From Spirochaetia bacterium (GTDB lineage: Bacteria; Spirochaetota; Spirochaetia; CADAEX01), in NCBI GenBank assembly GCA_963662265.2, contig CAXXHA010000010.1:1-64000 (forward strand): a stretch of 64,000 bases of DNA, read 5' to 3'. Made by a program: the position numbers and the translations under genes. Of this stretch, positions 1 to 10,727 are shown piece by piece (within the stretch, counting starts at the first letter, position 1; each line of letters starts with the position of its first letter). The notes beneath the pieces were generated by a model. The model was not told the origin of the DNA, searched no databases, and saw only the letters and a program-made list of their open reading frames with translations.

Positions 1-516
1 GAGCAAATATTCCCCTGCATCTTCAACAAAAGTAAAATCCTCAAGCTTCAATCCGTTATAAATAGTAGCTGCATAATCAAGCTCAGGACATCTGTCTGAA
101 TTACTGATAGAGACATAATAGGAACTGTCATTGTATTTTTTATATACAGGAATAATTTTTGGAGAAGAAAAGCCGTGTATAGTTGTAACAAGAGGAGTTT
201 TAATCAGAGAGGAATATGTAAGAGGAAGAAAATCATAGTTATTGTGAATAATATCAAATTCTGCAGCATTCTCCATCAGGTTTGCAATATGAAGAGATTC
301 CCAAACCTTTGGATCAAGAGATTTATCTTCTTCATATGGAGTTTTACATATATATTTCAATTTTCCAGTTGTGATTGAATCACCACTTGCAAAAAGTGTG
401 ACATCAATCCCTCTATCAGCAAGCCCTTCAGCTATGTTTGATGAAACCTGCTCCCAGGGACCATAGTGCCGGGGAGGAGTTCTCCAGCATAGTGGTGATA
501 ATACAGCTACTTTCAT
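1..516 (-). CDS. GT4-family glycosyltransferase, runs off the left edge of the window
   Basis: Not in the ORF track. ATG at 516 on the minus strand with AGGAG upstream; reads MKVAVLSPLCWRTPPRHYGPWEQVSSNIAEGL...DVTLFASGDS...FDIIHNN...LVTTIHG, a typical GT4 N-terminal half. Confidence 0.85.
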   Translation of the reverse strand, partial: MKVAVLSPLCWRTPPRHYGPWEQVSSNIAEGLADRGIDVTLFASGDSITTGKLKYICKTPYEEDKSLDPKVWESLHIANLMENAAEFDIIHNNYDFLPLTYSSLIKTPLVTTIHGFSSPKIIPVYKKYNDSSYYVSISNSDRCPELDYAATIYNGLKLEDFTFVEDAGEYLL

Positions 517-592
517 ATTTCAATTCTCCTTCATTTTCTATCTAAATTATCCGGAAAAACTGAAAATTGATTAGATACTCAGTTATTCAACA

Positions 593-1522
593 TTAGATTG
601 GAGATCTCGAGTTGTTAAGGCATAGAGAAACAAGCTCATCAATCTGAGCTGTTCCGACACACATTACAGAATCCGCCCCTCCCCAGTAGATCTTTACACT
701 TCCATCCCCTTCAGGAACTGCTCCGCAGGTAAATACCACATTATGAACATATCCGGTAACTTCATATACCTCTTCCGGCTGCAGTATCCAGCTGTCACCT
801 ACCCCGATAATAATCGACGGATCATTAAGATCATGAAGTGCAGCACCAATCCTGTAAACACAGCCGTCCATAGTAGGAAATACTCCGTGGTAGATATGCA
901 GCCACCCCGCTTTTGTTTTAAAGGGAGGAGCCCCGGGGCCAATTTTCATCTCATCCCAGTGATATTTAACAGGTTTCATAATTACCCTGGACTCTCCCCA
1001 AAATCGCAAATCTGGAGAATAGGATATCCATATCGACCAGGGGCTGATTTCAGAGTGAGGTCTGTCAAGCCTGGCATAAAGGCCGTTAAATTTCTCGGGA
1101 AAAATTACAATGTTTCTGTAATCTGCTTCTGTTATAAGAGAAAAACGTTCAACTGTTTTGAAATCTTTTGTCTTTGCAAGTGCAATTCGCACACCATGCC
1201 GGGAATATGCACTGTAGGTTATGAGATACTCACCACCAACAAATGTTATCCGGGGATCCTCTATACCATACTCTTCATATTCCTTAAAAATTCCGGTTTC
1301 TGCCGGGATCATAAAAGGTTTATCTGAAACACTGAAATGGTACCCGTCGTCACTTTCAGCAAGGCCCAGAATACTCCTGCCATTATGTAAATGGGAGCGG
1401 AATATCATTATATATCTGCCCTCATACTTAATAACACCTGCATTATGAACTGTTGAAACAGGATATGGAACATCTTTCCTTGTTAAAACAGGATTTCCTT
1501 CAAATCTGTTTATCAGAGCCAT
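593..1522 (-). CDS. GH130-family glycosidase/mannoside phosphorylase
   Basis: RFEGNPVL, VHNAGV, YGIEDPRIT, KIGPGAPP, GYVHNVVFTCG and IYWGGAD motifs. Confidence 0.85.
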   Translation of the reverse strand: MALINRFEGNPVLTRKDVPYPVSTVHNAGVIKYEGRYIMIFRSHLHNGRSILGLAESDDGYHFSVSDKPFMIPAETGIFKEYEEYGIEDPRITFVGGEYLITYSAYSRHGVRIALAKTKDFKTVERFSLITEADYRNIVIFPEKFNGLYARLDRPHSEISPWSIWISYSPDLRFWGESRVIMKPVKYHWDEMKIGPGAPPFKTKAGWLHIYHGVFPTMDGCVYRIGAALHDLNDPSIIIGVGDSWILQPEEVYEVTGYVHNVVFTCGAVPEGDGSVKIYWGGADSVMCVGTAQIDELVSLCLNNSRSPI

Positions 1523-3770
1523 TCCTCCCCCCCTCTAAATCATTTTCATAAGCTGTAATAACAGTTAAATATGCTATTAAATATGAAAGGGTACTTTCAG
1601 CTCCCTGATTTCTGTTGACCCCGGTGCTCTCAAGCCCTTCATTGCAGCCATATGTTTCGAAGTCATAGAGCGGCAGACGCAGGTCATTTTCGCCCAAAAA
1701 CCACATAAATGACCTGAACATTTTTTTAAGATACTGATTATCATTTGTAACAACATACGCCTGATTAAACATAAGAACCATTGCCATAGCATCAACAGGC
1801 TGCTGATCATACTGAGATCTTATCTCCCCTTTTCTAAACCACCTGTCACTTCCTATCAGGGAAATGTATCCCTCTCTGAAAACTGTCTCATCAAGGAACT
1901 CCATTGATTCTTTTGCAGTTTTAAAAACCTCCTCATCCCCGATTATTTCAAAGGCCTGAAAAAGAGAAAAAGGTATAATTCCATTGTCATATGCAAGAAC
2001 CGGTTCAAACCAGTGCCAGTTTGCACTCCTTTGATTCCTGTACATTTCAGTAATTTTAACTATCATCTCCTTAAGTATGCTGATCATTTCTTCATCCCCC
2101 GGAAAGCGGTGAAGCCAGCTGCTGATTCCAAGCACAGTATTTGATATTCCCCTGAGTGAGGATAATTTTTTAAAATTGGGAGAAGCATTTAGAAACATCT
2201 CTTTTCCGATTTCAAAATATGTATCATTCGGGGGATATCGGACAAGATTTCCCAGAGCCCAGATTGTTCTTCCGAATGAATCTTCAGACCCTATTTGATC
2301 AAGAAACCTCCGGTCAAAGCCTAGAAAATTCCTGAAAGTACCGTCATCATTCTGCATGTATTGAATATAACTTAAATAAAATGACATTAGATCCAGAACT
2401 TTTTGATCCTTCAGCAGGTTGTATGCCATTGTTCCCATTAAAAGTGCACGCGAATTATCATCCAGACAGTATCCATCTTTGAATCTGGGAATATTATACT
2501 TGGCATGCTGAATAATACCAGTACTGTCTGTCAATCTTTTTATATGGCCAAGATCAAACTTAGGCAGAAGCAAAGGATTGATAACAGAGTCTTCTTTTGT
2601 CACAGTATCAGGTTCTGTTTCAATAAGCCCGATCACAAGATTAAGATATTTAAGTCCTATCTCCGGCCATATTGTTTTTCTCCCGTAATCATAGGCGTTT
2701 TTTCTCAATGTAGCTAATCTATGAGGGTTATCGAGTAATTCATTCAAAACTTTTGAAAGCTTAACAGAATCATTAAAATCGAAAAGTATCCCTCGGTTTT
2801 CAGCAAGAAGCTCCACAGCATGCCAGTAGGGGGTTGAAAGAACAGCAGCACCTGCTCCGATAGCATATGAAAGTGTACCGCTAGTTATCTGCGCCTCATT
2901 CAGATATGGAGTAACATAAATATCTGCAGCTGAAAGATAACCAAGTAATTCTTCAGTACTCACAAAACGATCATCAAAATAAACATTCTCCATGAGATTA
3001 TTTCTTCGCACCAGAAGTTTAAGATAATTTCGATATTCTTCTCCTGATACTCTTACTACTGCAGGATGGGTCTTTCCAAGTATTACATATAAAATATCAG
3101 GATGTTTATTTACAACTTCAGGAAGTGCGTTTATAACAGTCTCAATCCCCTTGTTTCTGCTTAAAAGGCCGAATGTTATCAAAGTTTTCTTTTTTTCGAC
3201 ATGAAACTTTTTTTTATGATAGAGATTCTGCATAAAATCAAAATCAGGAACACCATGTTCTATAACCTCTATCTTCTCCACCGGTATTTCATAAATACTT
3301 GTTAAAAAATCAACAGCGATTTTGCTCATTACAACTATTTTAGCAGCTCTTTTTCCTATCTCCCGGACAATATTCTTCTGATCATAGGATGGCTCCTGCA
3401 AAACTGTATGGAAAATTACTAGAAGAGGGATCTTTAAACGATAAATAAGAGGTAAAATATAAACACCGCTATTTCCACCGTATATACCAAACTCATGCTG
3501 CAGAATACAAATATCAGCATCGCTGTAATTTATATACTTAACCGCTTCCAGATAATCCTGAGGATGATTTTGATTAATTACATGGGTAACATCTTTCGAA
3601 TACTGGTATTCCTGATTAGGATCGTTTAAAGCTACAACAAAAGCATCTGCCTTAATATTTTTTTCTCTGTTATTATTAACCAGGGAATCAATCAGATTCA
3701 TTGTAAATGTAGCAATACCGCACTGACGGGGAGGATAATTCCCGATACATACAATTTTTAATTTTTTCAT
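1500..3770 (-). CDS. GT4 glycosyltransferase fused to a C-terminal six-hairpin glycosidase-like domain
   Basis: GNYPPRQCGIATFT, QHEFGIYGG, FGLLSRNKGIE and QITSGTLSYA in the GT4 part; GIIQHA...GYCLDDNSRAL, FEPVLAYDN, YDQQPVDA and NRNQGAESTL in the C-terminal domain. Confidence 0.85.
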   Translation of the reverse strand: MKKLKIVCIGNYPPRQCGIATFTMNLIDSLVNNNREKNIKADAFVVALNDPNQEYQYSKDVTHVINQNHPQDYLEAVKYINYSDADICILQHEFGIYGGNSGVYILPLIYRLKIPLLVIFHTVLQEPSYDQKNIVREIGKRAAKIVVMSKIAVDFLTSIYEIPVEKIEVIEHGVPDFDFMQNLYHKKKFHVEKKKTLITFGLLSRNKGIETVINALPEVVNKHPDILYVILGKTHPAVVRVSGEEYRNYLKLLVRRNNLMENVYFDDRFVSTEELLGYLSAADIYVTPYLNEAQITSGTLSYAIGAGAAVLSTPYWHAVELLAENRGILFDFNDSVKLSKVLNELLDNPHRLATLRKNAYDYGRKTIWPEIGLKYLNLVIGLIETEPDTVTKEDSVINPLLLPKFDLGHIKRLTDSTGIIQHAKYNIPRFKDGYCLDDNSRALLMGTMAYNLLKDQKVLDLMSFYLSYIQYMQNDDGTFRNFLGFDRRFLDQIGSEDSFGRTIWALGNLVRYPPNDTYFEIGKEMFLNASPNFKKLSSLRGISNTVLGISSWLHRFPGDEEMISILKEMIVKITEMYRNQRSANWHWFEPVLAYDNGIIPFSLFQAFEIIGDEEVFKTAKESMEFLDETVFREGYISLIGSDRWFRKGEIRSQYDQQPVDAMAMVLMFNQAYVVTNDNQYLKKMFRSFMWFLGENDLRLPLYDFETYGCNEGLESTGVNRNQGAESTLSYLIAYLTVITAYENDLEGGRNGSDKQI

Positions 3771-3852
3771 TATAATAAAGAATAGTTAAATATACCAATA
3801 ATAGCAAATCAATTCTCTGAACATCTACAGTAACCTAATATTCACAGGTGAC

Positions 3853-3901
3853 TTGACAATAATATTAATAAGAACTACTCTATCTGTGAAATTTTTCACA
3901 G
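3853..3901 (+). promoter_or_regulatory. rex promoter with Rex operator
   Basis: TTGACA 3853-3858, 17 bp, TACTCT 3876-3881; palindrome CTGTGAA-ATTT-TTCACAG 3884-3901 matches the Rex consensus TTGTGAA-N4-TTCACAA. Confidence 0.8.
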
Positions 3902-3916
3902 GTGATATTATAAATT

Positions 3917-4546
3917 ATGGGAATACAGATACCCGAACCTACAATTGAAAGACTCTGCAAAGTCTACAGCCTGCTTGGCAGACTGAAAGAGGATGGAAGA
4001 ACAGCTGTTTCTTCATCTTCAATCGAGAGAAAAACAGGAATACCTGCCCATACAGTAAGAAAGGATATAAGCCAGGCAGGAAGCATAAAAAGCGGCAAAG
4101 AGGGCTACAGCATTGATGACCTTATGAATATTATAGGGAAAATCTTTGATTTCGGCTCACCCCGAAAAGCCTGCATAGTCGGTCTTGACATGATGGGAAG
4201 TGCAATTCTCAACAATAAACATATAAGTACGGAAGGATATGAAATTGCGGCAGGATTTGACAGCAATATAAACAGAATGGAAATGATGAATACAGATGTT
4301 CCGCTGTTTCCCACATATGAAATACCTGAAAAGGTTAAAGAGCTGTCTATAGATTTCGGAATAATTGCTGTCCGGCCTGAGAAAGCTCTTGAAACAGCTG
4401 AAAAACTGATTAAGGGGGGAATAAAGGGAATAATTAACTATTCCCCTATAATTCTTAACCTTGAAAATATTATAGTAAGAAATATTTATCTGGCAGAGGA
4501 AATCAGAATACTTTCTGCACTGATGGCAACTACTGATAAACAATAG
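3917..4546 (+). CDS. rex: Redox-sensing transcriptional repressor Rex
   Basis: IPEPTIERL...VRKDIS winged helix plus a Rossmann domain (GIKGIINYSP); the nucleotide-binding loop is divergent (VGLDMMG instead of GxGxLG). Confidence 0.85.
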   Translation: MGIQIPEPTIERLCKVYSLLGRLKEDGRTAVSSSSIERKTGIPAHTVRKDISQAGSIKSGKEGYSIDDLMNIIGKIFDFGSPRKACIVGLDMMGSAILNNKHISTEGYEIAAGFDSNINRMEMMNTDVPLFPTYEIPEKVKELSIDFGIIAVRPEKALETAEKLIKGGIKGIINYSPIILNLENIIVRNIYLAEEIRILSALMATTDKQ

Positions 4547-4665
4547 AAAACGGAGAGCCGGCAGAAAATACTGCATAGGAAGGAAGATAAACCCTTGATA
4601 TACAGTATCTACTTCCGGAGGTTTATTATTATACCGGAACTATCCGGATCTTAAAGGAGAAGAAA

Positions 4666-5742
4666 ATGAATAGAGTATTTAACTTTGCAGCAGGCCCTTC
4701 AACATTACCGGTTGATGTTTTAAAAAAGGCTCAGAATGAACTTATGGACTATAACGGATGCGGAATGTCTGTAATGGAAATGAGCCACAGATCAGCAGAT
4801 TTTGACAAAATTGTAAAAGATGCTGAAAAACTCATGAGAGAACTTCTTAATATTCCTGACAATTACTCAGTTATGTTTCTTCAGGGCGGAGCATCGACTC
4901 AGTTCGCGATGGTTCCCCTTAACCTCTTCGGTAAAAACAAAAAAGCTGACTACATTGTTACAGGAGCATGGAGTAAAAAGGCAGCGGAAGAAGCTTCAAA
5001 ATACGGAACAGCAAATATAATTGCATCATCAGAAGATACAAACTATACATATATTCCTAAAGTAAATGAATTTTCAAAAGATGCTGATTATGTTCACATT
5101 ACAATGAACAACACAATCTACGGGACAAGCTATAAATATGTTCCGGATACAGGAGATATACCTCTTGTAGCAGATATGTCATCAAACATCATGTCTGAAA
5201 AAATAGATGTAAGCAAATACGCAGTAATTTATGCAGGAGCTCAGAAAAATCTTGCTCCGTCAGGAGTTACTCTTGCAATTGTAAGAAATGATCTTATAGG
5301 AAAACACATGGATATTACTCCTACTATGCTTCAGTATAAAATCCATGCAGATAAAGGTTCTCTTTACAACACTCCTCCGTGCTGGACAATTTATATACTT
5401 AAACTTGTTCTTGAATGGGCAAAACAGCTCGGCGGCGTAGATATAATTGAAGCAAACAACAGAAAGAAAGCTGATCTTCTTTACAATTATCTTGATTCAT
5501 CTGATTTCTACAAAGGAACTGCTGTAAAAGAAGACAGATCACTTATGAATGTGCCTTTTGTACTTCCAAATGATGAATTAAATGCAAAATTCCTTGAAGG
5601 CGCAAAAGCTGCAGGTCTTGTATCTCTTAAAGGGCACAGATCTGTAGGCGGAATGAGAGCAAGCATCTATAATGCAATGCCTTATGAAGGAGTTGAAAAA
5701 CTTGTTAACTTTATGAAAATTTTTGAAGAGGAAATTAAATAA
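4666..5742 (+). CDS. serC: Phosphoserine aminotransferase
   Basis: FNFAAGPS, SVMEMSHRS, YAGAQKN (PLP lysine), GHRSVGGMRASIYNA. Confidence 0.97.
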   Translation: MNRVFNFAAGPSTLPVDVLKKAQNELMDYNGCGMSVMEMSHRSADFDKIVKDAEKLMRELLNIPDNYSVMFLQGGASTQFAMVPLNLFGKNKKADYIVTGAWSKKAAEEASKYGTANIIASSEDTNYTYIPKVNEFSKDADYVHITMNNTIYGTSYKYVPDTGDIPLVADMSSNIMSEKIDVSKYAVIYAGAQKNLAPSGVTLAIVRNDLIGKHMDITPTMLQYKIHADKGSLYNTPPCWTIYILKLVLEWAKQLGGVDIIEANNRKKADLLYNYLDSSDFYKGTAVKEDRSLMNVPFVLPNDELNAKFLEGAKAAGLVSLKGHRSVGGMRASIYNAMPYEGVEKLVNFMKIFEEEIK

Positions 5743-6911
5743 TGGCAAGAATCCAGACTCTTAACAAGATTTCAAGCGTAGGTCTTGATGTACTTCCGAG
5801 AGAAGACTATGAAATTGCATCTGAGCTTTCAAATCCTGATGCAATTATCCTGAGAAGCTTCAAAATGCATGACATGGAACTTCCCGAAACTCTTCTTGCT
5901 GTAGCAAGAGCAGGAGCAGGGGTAAACAATATACCTATAGATAAATGTTCTGAAAAAGGTATTGTAGTATTCAATACACCGGGAGCAAATGCAAACAGCG
6001 TAAAAGAGCTGGTAATAACATCTCTCTTCCTTTCATCGAGAAAAATTTCTGACTCTATCGAATGGTGCAAAGGGCTTGCAGGAAACGGAGACGAAGTTCC
6101 CAAAATGGTTGAAAAGGGAAAATCAATGTTTGCCGGTCCGGAAATAAAAGGAAAAAAACTGGGTGTTATAGGCCTGGGAGCTATCGGAGTAATGGTTGCA
6201 AATGCAGCATCAGCTCTCGGTATGGAAGTAACAGGTTATGATCCTTTTATCTCAGTTGAATCTGCATGGGGTCTTTCCAGGGATATCAAAAAAGGGATAA
6301 GCATGGACAGCGTAATCGCAGACTCTGATTATCTTTCAATTCACGTACCTCTTAACGACAACACAAAAGGCCTTTTCAACAAAGATAAATTCAAAATAAT
6401 GAAAGGGAATGTAAGACTTCTCAACTTTGCAAGGGGCGGCCTTGTCAATAATGAAGACCTTAAACAGGCTATTGCTGACGATGTAATTGCATGTTACGTG
6501 ACAGACTTCCCGGATGAAGACCTGATCAAGATGGACAATGTTATTGCAATACCTCATCTTGGCGCGTCTACAGCTGAAGCTGAGGAAAACTGTGCAAAAA
6601 TGGCTGCAGAGCAGCTCAAGGATTTCCTTGAAACTGGAAACATAAAGAATTCTGTCAACTTCCCGAACTGCAGCATGGAGATGAACGGAAACAACAGAAT
6701 CCTTATAACAAACAAAAACATTCCCAATATTATCGGGCAGGTAACATCAATGCTTGCTGCTGACGGCGTCAACATCTCAGAATACCTGAACAAGCATAAA
6801 AATGATTATGCCTACAACATTATTGATGTTGAAACAGAAATACCTGAAAACATCATTGATAAACTTAAAGGTATCGACGGAATTATCTCTGTCAGAATAA
6901 TAAACAGATAA
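5742..6911 (+). CDS. serA: D-3-phosphoglycerate dehydrogenase with C-terminal ACT domain
   Basis: ARAGAGVNNIP, GVIGLGAIG, LNFARG, PHLGAST; overlaps the serC stop (TAATG). Confidence 0.93.
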   Translation: MARIQTLNKISSVGLDVLPREDYEIASELSNPDAIILRSFKMHDMELPETLLAVARAGAGVNNIPIDKCSEKGIVVFNTPGANANSVKELVITSLFLSSRKISDSIEWCKGLAGNGDEVPKMVEKGKSMFAGPEIKGKKLGVIGLGAIGVMVANAASALGMEVTGYDPFISVESAWGLSRDIKKGISMDSVIADSDYLSIHVPLNDNTKGLFNKDKFKIMKGNVRLLNFARGGLVNNEDLKQAIADDVIACYVTDFPDEDLIKMDNVIAIPHLGASTAEAEENCAKMAAEQLKDFLETGNIKNSVNFPNCSMEMNGNNRILITNKNIPNIIGQVTSMLAADGVNISEYLNKHKNDYAYNIIDVETEIPENIIDKLKGIDGIISVRIINR

Positions 6912-6926
6912 TAATCATGTCTAATG

Positions 6927-6960
6927 GAAGGGCCTGTTCTGTGGAACAGGCCCTTCTCTT
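6927..6960 (+). terminator. Intrinsic terminator after serA
   Basis: 13-bp stem GAAGGGCCTGTTC/GAACAGGCCCTTC followed by a pyrimidine-rich tail. Confidence 0.75.
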
Positions 6961-7186
6961 CTATTCTCTTAAACCTTTCAAAGCTGCCTATCCCCTGAAG
7001 CAATCAGAGATACTTGAATCTCTTAAGAAAACAAAAACTGAATAGTTTTAATCATCTATTTTCAATTTTATCATAATGCCTGTTTGTTTATACAGATTGC
7101 ATGCATTAAAATATTAATAAAAGCTTTTAAACAATATAAAAGATCAACAATTCAGGAAGCATCTCCCATACATCAGGAAGTGAGTT

Positions 7187-8044
7187 ATGAAATCAGATAC
7201 TTTTGATATCAGCAATCTGGAATATTCCATTAAAAATAATTTCATCGAAAAAATGCTTTTCCTATGGATAATCATGGGTATACTTTTATATATAATCACA
7301 GAAATCAGGGCATTGATGATAGGATGGGTAATAAGAGACCTGATCTATACGATTTTAATGGCCCTTATAATAATTGTATTTCTGTTCAGAAAAAAGATAA
7401 AACCGGCCCATAAAGCTTTTTTCCTCATATCCATCAACCTGATAATTGCAGTTTCAGGGACAGTAACATTGGGAATGTTTGCGGGAGGTATTTTCTTTTT
7501 TCAGCTTACTGCCTTTATAGCAGCACTTTTCTACTCGAAAAAGACTGTATGGACCCTGATTTTTATAATGATTTTATACCTGACAGTACTCTCATACTGC
7601 TTTACAACAGGAATTATCAGTATTAAACAGAGTGCCGAATCACTTATCAGAAATCCAATGATCTGGGTAACATTTATATCAACCCTGACAGGCTATTTTA
7701 TTTTTGCTTCCCAGATACTGATTACCTACCTTCATGAAATAAGGCAGCTCTTAAACGAAATATCAAGACAGAGAGACAAACTCAGCAAGGCTATGGATGA
7801 AATAAACCAGCTCAATAAACTCCTGCCTATCTGTGCATCGTGTAAAAAGATCAAGGATGACTCAGGGTACTGGAACAAAGTGGAAAAATATATAGAGGAC
7901 CATTCAGGCGCCACCTTTACCCATGGGTTATGTCCTGATTGCGCGAAAAAACTCTATCCTGATGAGTATGATGATAATGAGCAGAAAAACAGATATAGTC
8001 TATCTCTTTTTTTTCAGGTTGCCTTTTGTCTTTTGCTGTGGTAA
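7187..8044 (+). CDS. Multi-TM membrane sensor-like protein with C-terminal Cys-rich domain
   Basis: About 6 hydrophobic segments, a coiled coil, then LLPICASCKKIKDDSGYW...FTHGLCPDC. Confidence 0.7.
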   Translation: MKSDTFDISNLEYSIKNNFIEKMLFLWIIMGILLYIITEIRALMIGWVIRDLIYTILMALIIIVFLFRKKIKPAHKAFFLISINLIIAVSGTVTLGMFAGGIFFFQLTAFIAALFYSKKTVWTLIFIMILYLTVLSYCFTTGIISIKQSAESLIRNPMIWVTFISTLTGYFIFASQILITYLHEIRQLLNEISRQRDKLSKAMDEINQLNKLLPICASCKKIKDDSGYWNKVEKYIEDHSGATFTHGLCPDCAKKLYPDEYDDNEQKNRYSLSLFFQVAFCLLLW

Positions 8045-8234
8045 TTTCAAAATTACAAACGGGTAACTTACTGTAAAATAAATACTTATTTATCGGGAAC
8101 CAGGCACTTTATTCAGCAAAACATCAGAATAAACAGATCCAATATTAACCGGTATATACAGGTATTATTAATATTATTTTAAAAAGTCTGGATTACCCAC
8201 ATCTATTTACTTAAAGCTGGAGGCTAAGTTAAAT

Positions 8235-9269
8235 ATGAAAATTTCACAGATTCCATTAAAAGGAGTAATATTTTTTATGCTGTTTACTTTATTAAGCATG
8301 TCAGCTTCATGCGGCACAGACACAGATCTCAAAGATGGTCTTTATGCGGAAATTGATACATCCAAAGGAAAAATTCTTCTTTCTCTTGAATATGAGAAAA
8401 CACCGATGACAGTTGCAAACTTCACAGGTCTTGCCGAGGGAAAAATTGACGGCGGCCAGGGCAAGGGAAAACCTTTCTACGATGGTCTTAAATTCCACAG
8501 AGTCATTGCAGACTTCATGATACAGGGGGGATGCCCCAGAGGAAACGGTACAGGTGGCCCGGGCTACCAGTTCCCTGATGAATTTGATTCTTCCCTCACA
8601 CACTCAGGCCCAGGAATTCTTTCAATGGCAAACTCAGGTCCCGGAACAAACGGGAGCCAGTTTTTCATAACTCATAAAGATACTCCATGGCTTGACGGCA
8701 AACACACAGTTTTCGGACATGTGGTGGAAGGCCAGGATATAGTTGATAAAATTGCCCAGGGAGATAAGATAAAAAAAGTATCTATCATCAGAGTCGGCGA
8801 AGAAGCTGCAAATTTCAAAAATGACCAGGAAGCTTTTGACGACATAGTGATGAATCAGGAAAAACTCAAAGCTGCAAAATTCAAGGCTAAGATTGAAAAA
8901 GACATCAAGACAATAGAAAAAAAATGGCCTGAAGCAAAGAAAACTGAATCAGGTCTCATGTATATTGTAAGAGAAGAGGGAACCGGTTCAGATTCTCCTG
9001 TAATGGGAAGCAGGGTAAAAACACATTACGAAGGAAAATTCCTCGACGGGCAGATTTTCGACAGCTCATACCAGAGAGGAAAGCCGCTTGAATTCCAGGT
9101 CGGCCAGGTAATTCAGGGATGGAACGAAGCACTGATGGACATGAAAAAGGGTGAAAAAAGAACTCTTATAATTCCACCAGAACTCGGATACGGCAGCGCA
9201 GGAGCAGGTGGAGTTATTCCTCCATACGCATACCTTGTTTTTGAAGTCGAACTGATAGATTTTCAGTAA
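8235..9269 (+). CDS. Dual cyclophilin + FKBP peptidyl-prolyl isomerase, possibly a lipoprotein
   Basis: [13 protein letters not shown] and [19 protein letters not shown] (cyclophilin); [17 protein letters not shown] and IPPELGYG (FKBP); SASC lipobox-like motif. Confidence 0.93.
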   Translation: MKISQIPLKGVIFFMLFTLLSMSASCGTDTDLKDGLYAEIDTSKGKILLSLEYEKTPMTVANFTGLAEGKIDGGQGKGKPFYDGLKFHRVIADFMIQGGCPRGNGTGGPGYQFPDEFDSSLTHSGPGILSMANSGPGTNGSQFFITHKDTPWLDGKHTVFGHVVEGQDIVDKIAQGDKIKKVSIIRVGEEAANFKNDQEAFDDIVMNQEKLKAAKFKAKIEKDIKTIEKKWPEAKKTESGLMYIVREEGTGSDSPVMGSRVKTHYEGKFLDGQIFDSSYQRGKPLEFQVGQVIQGWNEALMDMKKGEKRTLIIPPELGYGSAGAGGVIPPYAYLVFEVELIDFQ

Positions 9270-9280
9270 ACATATATACA

Positions 9281-10639
9281 ATGAAAAAAAGTAAGAATGT
9301 ATTTGTCTGCGATGTATGCGGACATGAAGAGGCTAAATGGGCGGGAAGATGCCCCTCGTGCCAGAACTGGAACTGTTTTTCCGAAATCACGGTTAAACCG
9401 GAAAAAGGGGGGAAGGTTTCAGGCAGGAGCGATGATGGAAAAATCCTGAAAATTTCAGAAATTGAATCATCATCTGCAAAGCCTCTCGATACAGGAATTA
9501 CTGAAATCAACAGAGTGCTGGGGGGAGGAATCATCCCCGGCTCTGTTGTTCTTATCGGAGGGGAGCCTGGAATAGGGAAATCAACCCTCATGCTTCAGCT
9601 CTGCAGAACAGTATCAAATTCAAAAAAAGTACTATACATATCCGGGGAGGAATCTCCTTCACAGATAAAGGGAAGATCTGAAAGAATAAACGGAAAAGAT
9701 GAGGGAAAGCTTGAACTCTTCTTCAACACGGAACTTTCCTCAATTCTGAAGGCAATCCGTTCTTCCAGGGCGGAAGTCATAATAATAGATTCAATACAGA
9801 CAATCTACAGCACGGAAATCGGAGCAGTTCCCGGAACTGTGAGCCAACTGAAATACTGCGCCCAGGAACTTACAGACCTGGTGAAACAGTCAAAAGCATC
9901 TCTCTTTTTTGTTGCGCATGTGACAAAGGAAGGAGTCATCGCAGGCCCCAGGGTTGTAGAGCACATGGTGGATACAGTCCTGTATTTCGAACACACAGGG
10001 AATGACCTCAGGGTCCTGAGGGCTGCAAAAAACAGGTTCGGTTCTGTAGATGAACTGGGACTCTTCAGGATGGGGGAAAAAGGACTCATGCAGATAGGGG
10101 ATCCTGAAAATGCATTCCTTGTAAAGAGAGACGATAAAATCCCCCCCGGAGTATGCATAGCTCCTGTTCATGAAGGGTCAAGAATATTCCTGGTTGAAAT
10201 CCAGGCACTCACAGTACCTGCAAAGGGGGGAATATCCAGGATATACTCGGACAGGATAGACAGCCAGAGAATATCAAGAATCGCAGCTGTTATAGAAAAG
10301 CATGCAAGCCTTAAATTCTCAGACCAGGACCTCTATATAAATGTTGCAGGCGGTATAAGGATCAAAGAGGTTGGTGTTGAACTACCTATAGCTCTTGCAC
10401 TCTACTCTGCAAGAACAGGAGTCCCTATTCCTGACGGTATTGCATCTGCCGGCGAACTGAGCCTAACAGGGGAGATACTCCCGGTTTCCGCGGCAGACAG
10501 GAGAATAAACACAGCAAACAGCTTCGGAATAAAGAAGTTTTTCACCCCCGGATCACTATACAGCGATGAGAAAATAAAGACATCCTATTCTGCTGTGCAG
10601 AATATAAAGAATGCTGTTAAGGATGTTTTCGGTAAGTAG
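9281..10639 (+). CDS. radA: DNA repair protein RadA/Sms
   Basis: CxxC-CxxC zinc finger, GGEPGIGKST Walker A, KNRFG motif. Confidence 0.96.
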   Translation: MKKSKNVFVCDVCGHEEAKWAGRCPSCQNWNCFSEITVKPEKGGKVSGRSDDGKILKISEIESSSAKPLDTGITEINRVLGGGIIPGSVVLIGGEPGIGKSTLMLQLCRTVSNSKKVLYISGEESPSQIKGRSERINGKDEGKLELFFNTELSSILKAIRSSRAEVIIIDSIQTIYSTEIGAVPGTVSQLKYCAQELTDLVKQSKASLFFVAHVTKEGVIAGPRVVEHMVDTVLYFEHTGNDLRVLRAAKNRFGSVDELGLFRMGEKGLMQIGDPENAFLVKRDDKIPPGVCIAPVHEGSRIFLVEIQALTVPAKGGISRIYSDRIDSQRISRIAAVIEKHASLKFSDQDLYINVAGGIRIKEVGVELPIALALYSARTGVPIPDGIASAGELSLTGEILPVSAADRRINTANSFGIKKFFTPGSLYSDEKIKTSYSAVQNIKNAVKDVFGK

Positions 10640-10727
10640 TACCGGTGTAAATTCGATTTATTCAAAAAATATCCCTGCGCAAAACAGGGATTAAATATCT
10701 ATTCAAGTCAGAATCGACTTTAAAAGC

